From positions 1,898 to 65,897 of the forward strand of contig JALWMR010000038.1 in the NCBI GenBank assembly GCA_027083815.1: 64,000 nucleotides of DNA, written 5' to 3'. The position numbers and the translations under genes were made by a program. The notes below the pieces were generated by a model. It was not told where the DNA came from. It made no database searches and saw only the letters and a program-made list of their open reading frames with translations. Shown piece after piece: positions 1 to 8,180 of the stretch. The DNA is from Thiotrichaceae bacterium. GTDB lineage: Bacteria > Pseudomonadota > Gammaproteobacteria > Thiotrichales > Thiotrichaceae. Position 1 is the stretch's first letter, and each line of letters opens with the position of its first letter.

Positions 1-122
1 TTAAGATATGTTATTGAACATATATTGGGAAAGACTATGATAGCACCGCATTAAGACAATAAAGTAAGTTGTAGAGCATAAAATGCCTGATAAAAAAGAT
101 CACCCATTCAAAAATCATCACC

Positions 123-892
123 TTGCACTTGTTTATGACACCGCCTCATTTTGGGATACCGCGTCGTGAAAAGGCTTTACGTGATTCAGCAAGGCTAAAA
201 TATATTGTCAACAAGGGTCGTAAAATATCGGTGTGCAACTGGGGAGATGAAAATAACGAAACAGTTTTGCTATCACACGGCTGGGGTGGGCGATCCACTC
301 AGTTTCATGCTTTAATACAACCACTGGTCGATGCCGGTTTTCGGGTTGTTGGATTTGATGCGCCCGCACATGGTGATTCGCAAGGCAAACAAAGCAATAT
401 GCTGGATGTTGCATCAATAATTGCACAAATAGAAAAAGAAGAAGGCCTTTTCAAGGCGATTATTGGTCACTCTTTTGGAACCAGCACTGCATTATTAGCC
501 ATCAGCAAATTTAAGGTAAAGCCTGAGAAGCTCGTTTTAATTGCCTACGTTGCCGATGTACAGTGGGTCATCAAACTATTTGGTACTTTGTTTGAGTTTA
601 AACATCAACCCTTGAAGCGATGCGACAGCGCGCATTAAAGGCATTGGCTAACACCTATCAAATAAGCTGGAATTGGGATGATATTTCACCCATAAATACC
701 GTTCAACAATACAAGGGCAAACTCTTACTGATTCACGATAAAGACGATCACGCAGTTCCTTATCATGAGGCAATGAAACTGGAAACATTTGCGCCACAGG
801 CAACTAGACTTGTAACGAAAGGCCTTGGTCATCGAAAGATCTTAATGAGCAAAGATGTTATAAAAGCAGTGATCAACTTTTTAAAAGATTAA
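123..892 (+). pseudogene. alpha/beta-fold hydrolase interrupted by a frameshift (ORFs 123-638 and 620-892)
   Basis: The first ORF has HGWGG and the GHSFG nucleophile elbow. The second ORF, in another frame, has the acid/His part (IHDKDDH, GLGHRKI). The second frame is open only from 602 and the first stops at 636-638. One indel between 602 and 636 would therefore restore a single protein of about 255 aa. TTG start at 123, ATG at 135. Confidence 0.6.
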
Positions 893-905
893 ACAATGAT
901 AAACA

Positions 906-1298
906 ATGGCTAAAAAGCTTAAAAAGAAAAAGACATTACAACAAGCACCGATAGATGAGACAACGGGAAAGGCGGCTGATTTGCAAAGCGAGGGCTTCTG
1001 TCACTGGGATGGCGACGTACTCGTGCTCAATATTCTGGGAACACCCTCGGCAAAACGCGATGTGATCGGCAAACCACGAGGCAACCAACTTAAAATCAGT
1101 GTTACCGCCGCCCCTGAAAATGGCAAGGCAACCGATTATATGGTTGCCTTTTTAAGCAAACAGTTTGGTGTGAAGCAAAAAGCAATAGAGGTTGTCTACG
1201 GCCAAACCAATATCAATAAGCAACTACGTATCCATGCACCGAAAAAACTACCCTCTGTGATTAAACAATTCCTGGCCGAAAATAAGTCATTATATTGA
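906..1298 (+). CDS. DUF167 / YggU-family protein
   Basis: The C-terminal 90 aa (VLNILGTPSAKRDVIGKPRGNQLKISVTAAPENGKATDYMVAFLSKQFGV...IEVVYGQTNINKQLRI) matches the YggU/UPF0235 pattern. It carries a Lys-rich N-terminal extension. Confidence 0.7.
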   Translation: MAKKLKKKKTLQQAPIDETTGKAADLQSEGFCHWDGDVLVLNILGTPSAKRDVIGKPRGNQLKISVTAAPENGKATDYMVAFLSKQFGVKQKAIEVVYGQTNINKQLRIHAPKKLPSVIKQFLAENKSLY

Positions 1299-1325
1299 GT
1301 AAATAGTGATTAAAAACCACTTTTT

Positions 1326-1937
1326 TTACCTGTTCCCCGGCTTTCCTATTTTTTTTATTTTAGATACCGCAGACACATTGATAACTCCCTTTTCTTTCTT
1401 CTCTTCAGCTTTTTTACCCTCTTGTTTTATCAGCTTAATATCATCGATCTGCCCTGGCTCAATAAGACGATTTTGTGATTCTTTTCTGCCTCGGTATAGA
1501 TAGCCTCCCAGTGCTCCACCCGCGGTGGTTAAAGTAATCACTCCCAGGGTTAAAAACTGGGTAAGCAGCATAAGTGCTCCCAAGCCCATCACCCCCGCGA
1601 GAGCCGCACCTACTTTGAAATTCGCTTTACCATGGGCGATTTTGCTTTCTTTTGCGATTTGTTGCTGTGTTTTTTTAACCAGGCGGGTTTTAGCCCGTTC
1701 CGCATTTAATTGTATTTTTTCACGTTCGCGGGCGTGTTCCTCTTTTACGGATGCTAATTGATCCTTGCTTAAATGTTTGGCAATTGAGTTAAACCAGAAG
1801 GCTGAAAAGACCCCCATCAAAATTAGCGGTATAATCAGCCGTAACCAGCCGATCCCCTGAAGATTATCAGGTGCCAGCAACACGAGTACCAGTGTTGCGG
1901 CTTGTATCACTACAATACCCAGTAAAAAACGTAACAT
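1326..1937 (-). CDS. hypothetical membrane protein with a charged coiled-coil segment between hydrophobic segments
   Basis: I chose the internal Met (MLRFLLGIVVIQ...) at 1937, because the longer ORF to 2051 would overlap the divergent ubiG start. It has hydrophobic N-terminal helices, a KE-rich middle and a Gly-rich TM near the C-terminus. No family was recognised. Confidence 0.5.
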   Translation of the reverse strand: MLRFLLGIVVIQAATLVLVLLAPDNLQGIGWLRLIIPLILMGVFSAFWFNSIAKHLSKDQLASVKEEHAREREKIQLNAERAKTRLVKKTQQQIAKESKIAHGKANFKVGAALAGVMGLGALMLLTQFLTLGVITLTTAGGALGGYLYRGRKESQNRLIEPGQIDDIKLIKQEGKKAEEKKEKGVINVSAVSKIKKIGKPGNR

Positions 1938-1994
1938 TTTTCTCTTTGTTTGAATCCAACTTATATATAATAGCGTATTTATTCCGTTAAACGT

Positions 1995-2795
1995 ATGGAT
2001 ATCAATATGCAAGCGTCTACCCAACAACAATCCGGCCGTTCCAGCAACCATTCAAAAAGCAAAGAAGATGCTGTTAGTCAGGGTATAGAGAACAGCAATG
2101 TTGATCCAAATGAAGTCAAAAAGTTCGAAGATTTGGCACATCGCTGGTGGGACAGAGACAGTGAATTCAAACCGCTTCATGATATTAACCCGTTGCGTCT
2201 CAATTATATTGAACAGAACTCGGGTGGTCTGAAAAACAAAAAAGTAGTCGATGTTGGCTGCGGTGGCGGCATACTATCTGAAAGCATGGCACTCAGAGGA
2301 GCCAAAACACTGGGTATTGATATGGGTAAAGCGCCCTTGTCTGTAGCTGAGTTACATGCTCTTGAATCGGGTATTGATAATATTCGTTATCAACAAATAA
2401 CGGTCGAAGCTTTAGCGCAGCAAGAAGCAGACCAGTTTGATGTGGTCACCTGCATGGAAATGTTAGAGCATGTGCCTGATCCCGGCTCTATCATAAAGGC
2501 CTGTGCAACGCTGGTTAAGCCTGGTGGCAGCGTTTTTTTCTCAACCATTAACCGTAATCCCAAAGCTTTTGCGCTTGCTATTATTGGCGCAGAATATATG
2601 CTACATTTGCTGCCCAAAGGCACCCATGAGTATGCCAAATTCATTCGCCCATCCGAGCTGGAATCATGGGCAAGGGAAGCCGGATTAACACTACAAAATA
2701 TCAGGGGCATTACTTATAACCCCTTGCTGCAAAGCTATAAACTTAGTGGTGATGTTGATATTAATTACATGATGTATTTTACCAGAGAGCAATAG
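1995..2795 (+). CDS. ubiG: bifunctional 3-demethylubiquinol 3-O-methyltransferase / 2-polyprenyl-6-hydroxyphenol methylase
   Basis: HRWWD...[15 protein letters not shown] and SAM motif [16 protein letters not shown] are typical of UbiG. Alternative start at 2007. Confidence 0.9.
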   Translation: MDINMQASTQQQSGRSSNHSKSKEDAVSQGIENSNVDPNEVKKFEDLAHRWWDRDSEFKPLHDINPLRLNYIEQNSGGLKNKKVVDVGCGGGILSESMALRGAKTLGIDMGKAPLSVAELHALESGIDNIRYQQITVEALAQQEADQFDVVTCMEMLEHVPDPGSIIKACATLVKPGGSVFFSTINRNPKAFALAIIGAEYMLHLLPKGTHEYAKFIRPSELESWAREAGLTLQNIRGITYNPLLQSYKLSGDVDINYMMYFTREQ

Positions 2796-2807
2796 AGCCT
2801 AGCCTTT

Positions 2808-3449
2808 ATGAATAAAAAGATTGTTACCCTGTTTTTTTCCGCGATACTACTGAGCCTGTCCGCCTGTAGTGTTCACTATGATAACGTTAGTTTTGACAAA
2901 CAAAAGAAAGTCACCGTTGTTCCTGCCATTGAAGGTGGTGACCAGGTCAAAATAAAGGATTTAACCAAAGCCATTATTAGCTTGTCACCCAACACGGTTG
3001 ATCCTGATGAAGCCGCCTGGGTTGCCCGCGAAGCTGTTTTATATCCAAAATATCTGGCTAATCAATACGGTTTAATGTGGCCGCCCAATTACCAGAATGC
3101 TCTGGTTAATCTTGGCAAGCGCAAGAAAGGACTTTGCTACCAGTGGGCAAGGGATATGGATGCTCATATTGGCAAACGCAAATACCGGACATTAACCATG
3201 GATCGCGCAGTTGCTAACCAGGGTGGTATGTACGAGCATAATGTTTTAACCGTTGCCGCAAAAGGCCATGGTATTGATGATTCTATTATTCTTGACCCAT
3301 GGAGGCATAACAGCATTTTGTACTGGGTAAGAGCAAAAGATGATCCTAATTACCAGTGGGAAAAATACTACCGTAGAACGTATGTGATTAATCCTGACGG
3401 TACACGTACTTATGTTAGAAACCCAAATAAACCAGGTACTATTAACTAA
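2808..3449 (+). CDS. lipoprotein, paralogue 1 of a tandem pair (unknown function)
   Basis: Signal peptide with lipobox LSLSAC. It shares the core AREAVLYPKxLANxY...LVNxGKRxxGLCYQWxRDM...EH...VAAKG...LDPWR...KDD with the next gene. Confidence 0.7.
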   Translation: MNKKIVTLFFSAILLSLSACSVHYDNVSFDKQKKVTVVPAIEGGDQVKIKDLTKAIISLSPNTVDPDEAAWVAREAVLYPKYLANQYGLMWPPNYQNALVNLGKRKKGLCYQWARDMDAHIGKRKYRTLTMDRAVANQGGMYEHNVLTVAAKGHGIDDSIILDPWRHNSILYWVRAKDDPNYQWEKYYRRTYVINPDGTRTYVRNPNKPGTIN

Positions 3450-3453
3450 AGCT

Positions 3454-4044
3454 ATGATGATTAACAATAAAACAATTTTACTGAAATGGCTTAGATCAAT
3501 AGCATTATTGAGTATTTTGCTTGTTACCACAGCCTGTTCAACCGTACACTATAATGGTGTATCGGTTGATAAAAAGGGCAATACGGTTGTTTCAGCTATT
3601 GAGCCGGCCGACAATAAAAAGATCAACGAGCTTTATCAGGCCATTATGTCCCTAGGCCCTAATATCTTGCCTAACGAGGCCAAGTTTGTGGCAAGAGAAG
3701 CCGTTTTGTATCCTAAAGTTCTGGCGAATCGTTATAAATTAACCAGCCCACCGCTTTATCATAATGTACTGGTCAATTATGGCAAACGTCCGCGTGGTCT
3801 CTGCTATCAATGGACGCGCGATATGGGGCTACAAATTAATCGCCCCATGAAATCCTTACAGTTTTTCCATGCTGTTGCTTTTCGTAGAAACTACTGGAAA
3901 GAGCACAGCACCCTGGTGGTCGCAGCTAAAGGCAAAGGTGTCCCTGATGGCATAGTTCTTGACCCCTGGAGAAACTCAGGAAACTTGTTCTGGAGCCGTG
4001 TAAAAGACGATCAGAAATATCCCTGGGTGCAGTTTACTAATTAG
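3454..4044 (+). CDS. lipoprotein, paralogue 2 of a tandem pair (unknown function)
   Basis: I chose the start at MMINNKTILL (3454), 5 nt after the previous stop. Lipobox LVTTAC. Clear paralogy to 2808-3449. Confidence 0.7.
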   Translation: MMINNKTILLKWLRSIALLSILLVTTACSTVHYNGVSVDKKGNTVVSAIEPADNKKINELYQAIMSLGPNILPNEAKFVAREAVLYPKVLANRYKLTSPPLYHNVLVNYGKRPRGLCYQWTRDMGLQINRPMKSLQFFHAVAFRRNYWKEHSTLVVAAKGKGVPDGIVLDPWRNSGNLFWSRVKDDQKYPWVQFTN

Positions 4045-4073
4045 CTTAATATTAGAGAAACTACCAAGCAGAA

Positions 4074-5048
4074 ATGGTTTACGTTTCACTGATTATTCTC
4101 GGGCTAGGTACCCTACTCACCGGGATTTTCCCTAGCGCAATTGGCTTTTATACTACAACTGTCATTATGTCGATTGGTTTTCACTATCTGGAAACACTTC
4201 AAAACTCACTTTCTTTACAATGGTTGGATAAACAAAAGGCACCTGCTTTTTTGGGGAAAATGATAGCGGCAAAATCGGCAGCATCTATTCTTGCCTTTAT
4301 TCTGGTATGGTTTTTATTTGAGTGGTTGCATATTGATTACATTTGGCTTTATGCGCTAGGTGGCAGTATTTCTATTTTTATTGCGCTTTACAGTTGGTTG
4401 CACTTCCCTTTGTTTCCGCAGAAAGTCTACCAAAGCAAAAAGCTGGTGCTTCGTAAGCGCTACTGGCTTTACTATGCCTTACAGTTTATGGCAGGAGCAC
4501 GACGACAAATTTTTGTCGTCTTTGCCGGCTTTTTAATGGTTGAAAAATTTGGCTTTAGTGTCGGCCAGATTTCATTACTATTTCTCATCAATGCCACACT
4601 CAATATTTTTCTGGCACCACGCATTGGCAAGCTAATCGGTAGAATAGGTGAACGACACGCCCTTATTCTTGAATACCTTGGCTTGATCGCCGTATTTATT
4701 GGCTATGCCCTTGTTGAAAATGCGAATATTGCCGTTTTACTGTATATTATTGACCATCTCTTTTTCTCCATGGCAATCGCCCAAAAAACCTATTTCCAGA
4801 AAACAGCCAACCCGGCTGATATTGCATCAACCGCCGGCGTGTCCTTTACTATTAACCATATTGCTGCCGTTGTAATCCCTGTTCTTTTTGGCATACTTTG
4901 GTTGCAGTCACCTGCGCTAGTGTTTTATGTAGGGGCTGTAATGGCGGTAGTGTCTTTACTATTGGCATTTAATATACCGGCTTCTCCCAGGCCAGGTAAT
5001 GAAACACTAATAGGTAAATACGGCAAAAATAGTGCTTTTGAAGCGTGA
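4074..5048 (+). CDS. MFS-like polytopic membrane protein, apparently short at the N-terminus
   Basis: About 10 hydrophobic helices with a basic central loop (KKLVLRKRYW, GARRQIF), as in MFS transporters. An in-frame stop at 4053-4055 prevents any 5-prime extension. Confidence 0.5.
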   Translation: MVYVSLIILGLGTLLTGIFPSAIGFYTTTVIMSIGFHYLETLQNSLSLQWLDKQKAPAFLGKMIAAKSAASILAFILVWFLFEWLHIDYIWLYALGGSISIFIALYSWLHFPLFPQKVYQSKKLVLRKRYWLYYALQFMAGARRQIFVVFAGFLMVEKFGFSVGQISLLFLINATLNIFLAPRIGKLIGRIGERHALILEYLGLIAVFIGYALVENANIAVLLYIIDHLFFSMAIAQKTYFQKTANPADIASTAGVSFTINHIAAVVIPVLFGILWLQSPALVFYVGAVMAVVSLLLAFNIPASPRPGNETLIGKYGKNSAFEA

Positions 5049-5054
5049 TATTTT

Positions 5055-5672
5055 ATGGCATTTACCCGATTACTTAGCCCTCTTCTATTCTTGATTCTAT
5101 CCCAGATAGCTAATGCTGACAGCACGACACATTCTGGTGCTGCACTGATGCAAAAATACTGTGCTGAATGCCACGCAAAAGATGGTAATAGCCCTACGGA
5201 TAAAGCGCCACGAATTGCCGGTTTTTCAGCACTGTTAATCTTTGATACACTGGATCAGTTTAGGCATGGAGATAGACCTGCGCCCATTATTCGTTTGAAG
5301 AACCAAAAAGAAACCACTATGCAAGCTATTGCCAAAAATCTTAACGATGGAGAGGCAGAGGCCATTGCAGCATTTCTTTCAAAGCAGCAATTTAAACCGG
5401 CTTTAAATAAACCTTTGCCAGTAAGGCTGGCAAAAATGATACAGCAGGGAAAACAATTGCATCAGGATTTATGCAATGATTGCCATGGTGAATATGGTAG
5501 TAGTGCACAAGACGATGCCCCTATTCTGCTCGGCCAATGGCGCAACTATTTACTAAATCAGTTTGAACAATTTTCACTGCATAAACGCTATATTTCAAAA
5601 CGGATGAAGCGCAAGTTTTCAAAACTAAGCAGCCAGGATAAACAGGCGCTTATTGCATTTTATACACAATAG
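5055..5672 (+). CDS. periplasmic dihaem c-type cytochrome (cytochrome c4-like)
   Basis: Signal peptide and two CxxCH haem motifs (CAECH, CNDCH). Confidence 0.8.
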   Translation: MAFTRLLSPLLFLILSQIANADSTTHSGAALMQKYCAECHAKDGNSPTDKAPRIAGFSALLIFDTLDQFRHGDRPAPIIRLKNQKETTMQAIAKNLNDGEAEAIAAFLSKQQFKPALNKPLPVRLAKMIQQGKQLHQDLCNDCHGEYGSSAQDDAPILLGQWRNYLLNQFEQFSLHKRYISKRMKRKFSKLSSQDKQALIAFYTQ

Positions 5673-5681
5673 GAATTTCAA

Positions 5682-6065
5682 ATGAGAATACTTCATACCA
5701 TGTTACGCGTTGCTAATCTGGACAAATCGATTGCCTTTTACACCAATGTTTTGGGCATGAAAGAGTTACGACGTAAAGAATATCCGGAAGGAAAATTCAC
5801 CCTCGCCTTTGTTGGCTATGGTGATGAAGCCGACCATACCGTTATTGAGCTGACCTATAACTGGGGTGTTGATCATTATGAAATGGGCACAGCTTTTGGC
5901 CATATTGCCATTGGTGTGCCTGATGTGTATGACGCTTGTGAAAAAATGAAACAAATGGGCGGTAAAATCATCCGTGATGCCGGCCCAATGAACGCCGGAA
6001 CAACCATTATTGCTTTTTTAGAAGATCCCGATGGTTACCAGATAGAATTAATCGGCAGGGAATAG
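5682..6065 (+). CDS. gloA: lactoylglutathione lyase (glyoxalase I)
   Basis: [27 protein letters not shown]...TLAFVGYG...IELTYNWG...GHIAIGV...[10 protein letters not shown] is the canonical GloA pattern. Confidence 0.9.
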   Translation: MRILHTMLRVANLDKSIAFYTNVLGMKELRRKEYPEGKFTLAFVGYGDEADHTVIELTYNWGVDHYEMGTAFGHIAIGVPDVYDACEKMKQMGGKIIRDAGPMNAGTTIIAFLEDPDGYQIELIGRE

Positions 6066-6079
6066 CTCTTGTATCTTTC

Positions 6080-6115
6080 AAAAGTACACCCCCCCACTTT
6101 TTTGCCCTTTTCTTC
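6080..6115 (+). repeat. C-core repeat, short form (copy 1)
   Basis: AAAAGTACACCCCCCCACTTTTTTGCCCTTTTCTTC, starting 15 nt after the gloA stop. Confidence 0.9.
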
Positions 6116-6162
6116 GATTTCCTTTGTATTTCACGCCATTAATTAGGCTACAATAAGCCCCC

Positions 6163-7404
6163 ATGATCAGCCGTTCTTTCCTGTTACTTCAAGGTGTTGC
6201 AACTCCCTTCTTTAGTGAATTGGGAAAGGCGCTCGAAAAATCAGGACATCGCGTTTTGCGTATTAATTTTAGCGGTGGTGATTTATTCTCTGGACGTTAT
6301 TTCTCCATTGGCCTGAAACACATCAATTTTCGTGGAAAACCAGACGAACTGGCCGACTTTTACCAGCAAGTATTTACGCAACATCAGATCACTGACGTGC
6401 TGCTATTTGGCGACACCCGACCGGTTCATCAAGCGGCGATAAAGCATTGCCAGGCCAATAATATTCGCCTTTATGTCTATGAAGAAGGCTATTTGCGCCC
6501 CAACTGGGTGACCCTTGACAGGGGTGGCGTCAATGCCTATTCATCCTTGCCAAAAGACCCAGACTGGTATTTGCACTATGCCGCAAAGCATAAGCTGGGA
6601 AAGCCCAAAAATATCAATGTCGGTGGCAGTTTGGCGATTCGCGCCTGGCATGATATACGCTATCATTTTTCTAATCTATTGCTGCATTATTACTTTCCTT
6701 ATTATGAATCGCATCGCCCTGAGCGCGCCTTAAAAGAATACTGGGGCTGGTTTAAGCGTTTTCCCATGCTTTGGCTTTATTTAAACAAACAATCAAAAAA
6801 GAAAGTCGCTAAGCTGTTAAAAGATGATTCACCCTTTTATCTGCTACCTTTGCAGCTTGATGCTGACTCCCAGATACGGGTTCATTCACCTTTTAAGAAC
6901 CTGACAGAAGTGATTCAAACCACAGTGGCATCCTTTGCCAATCATGCGCCTGCAGAATCCAGACTGGTCATTAAAATTCACCCGCTGGATCCCTGGTTTA
7001 CCGATTTTGCAGCATTAATTAAGCAACAAGCAGAAAAATGGCAGATTGATCCTCAACGGCTGGTTTATCTTGAATCGGGTGATCTCAATGCGCTACTGGA
7101 TAAAGCCAAAGGCACGGTTCTGGTCAATAGCACGGTTGGTACATCAGCACTTGCCAGAGGCTGTCCGGTAATTGCTCTGGGGGAGGCTATTTATGATATG
7201 CCCGAACTTACCTTTCAAGGCTCACTCGATCAATTCTGGTGTGAAGCTCAACCGCCTAATAAAGCCGTATTTGATGCATTCCGATCCTCTATAATAGACT
7301 TATGCCAAATCAACGGCTGTTTTTATTATCGTAAAGGGATTAAGCACGTGGTCAGGGGAAGTCTCGCCTATTTTGAAAAAGAAGCAAGACAGGGCAAGCT
7401 ATGA
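6163..7404 (+). CDS. capsule-polysaccharide-biosynthesis family protein (KpsS/LipB-like)
   Basis: The length and N-terminal pattern (LLLQGVATPFF..LGKAL...GHRVLRINFSGGD) and the C-terminal LVNSTVGTSAL resemble KpsS-type beta-Kdo-transferase family proteins. The stop overlaps the next start (ATGA at 7401-7404). Confidence 0.6.
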   Translation: MISRSFLLLQGVATPFFSELGKALEKSGHRVLRINFSGGDLFSGRYFSIGLKHINFRGKPDELADFYQQVFTQHQITDVLLFGDTRPVHQAAIKHCQANNIRLYVYEEGYLRPNWVTLDRGGVNAYSSLPKDPDWYLHYAAKHKLGKPKNINVGGSLAIRAWHDIRYHFSNLLLHYYFPYYESHRPERALKEYWGWFKRFPMLWLYLNKQSKKKVAKLLKDDSPFYLLPLQLDADSQIRVHSPFKNLTEVIQTTVASFANHAPAESRLVIKIHPLDPWFTDFAALIKQQAEKWQIDPQRLVYLESGDLNALLDKAKGTVLVNSTVGTSALARGCPVIALGEAIYDMPELTFQGSLDQFWCEAQPPNKAVFDAFRSSIIDLCQINGCFYYRKGIKHVVRGSLAYFEKEARQGKL

Positions 7405-8180
7405 GCCAGCCAGAAACAATTTTAATCACGGGCGCGACCGGTAGCATAGGCTCGGCACTGGTTAAACAGTATTCCATGTCCGATCAGCCAAACCATCTAA
7501 TCTTATTGGGCCGCAATCAAAATAAATTGGCGTCCCTTGCAGATGAGTATCAACACCAGAAAACCGAAATAAGCTGCCATAGTATTGATATGCGTGATAG
7601 CAACGCCGTTCAATCGCTGATTGGGTCGATAGACAGGCAAACACCCATTGATCTCATTATTTGCAATGCCGGCGTTTCCAGCAATATTGGCGAAAATGGC
7701 GAAGCAGAATCATGGGATGCTATCTGCCAGGTCATTGATGTTAATCTGATGGGTCTTCTGGCGAGTCTAAACCCCCTCCTTTCTCGTATGCAGCAGCGCA
7801 AACGGGGGCAAATCGCCATAGTCAGTTCATTGGCGGCCTATCGAGGCATGCCTATTACACCGGCTTATTGTGCCAGCAAAGCAGCGGTAAAAGCCTATGG
7901 AGAAGCCTTGCGCGGCTGGCTATCCGCTGATGGTATCAAGGTGAATGTCATCTGTCCGGGCTTTGTTGAATCGAATATGAGCGCCCAGTTTCCCGGCGAC
8001 AAACCTTTAATGATAAGTGCCAATAAAGCCGCAAGAATAATCATTAAAGGGCTTAACAGGAACAAAGCCTGTATCTCTTTTCCTTTTCCGCTCAATACAG
8101 GCATGTGGCTGCTTTCTATCTTGCCGTATGGTGTGGCTGACTGGTTTATGCGACTCTTTTCTTATGGTGCTAAACGCTAA
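7401..8180 (+). CDS. SDR-family oxidoreductase
   Basis: TGATGSIGSAL (TGxxxGxG), NAG, and catalytic YCASKAA (YxxxK). Confidence 0.8.
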   Translation: MSQPETILITGATGSIGSALVKQYSMSDQPNHLILLGRNQNKLASLADEYQHQKTEISCHSIDMRDSNAVQSLIGSIDRQTPIDLIICNAGVSSNIGENGEAESWDAICQVIDVNLMGLLASLNPLLSRMQQRKRGQIAIVSSLAAYRGMPITPAYCASKAAVKAYGEALRGWLSADGIKVNVICPGFVESNMSAQFPGDKPLMISANKAARIIIKGLNRNKACISFPFPLNTGMWLLSILPYGVADWFMRLFSYGAKR

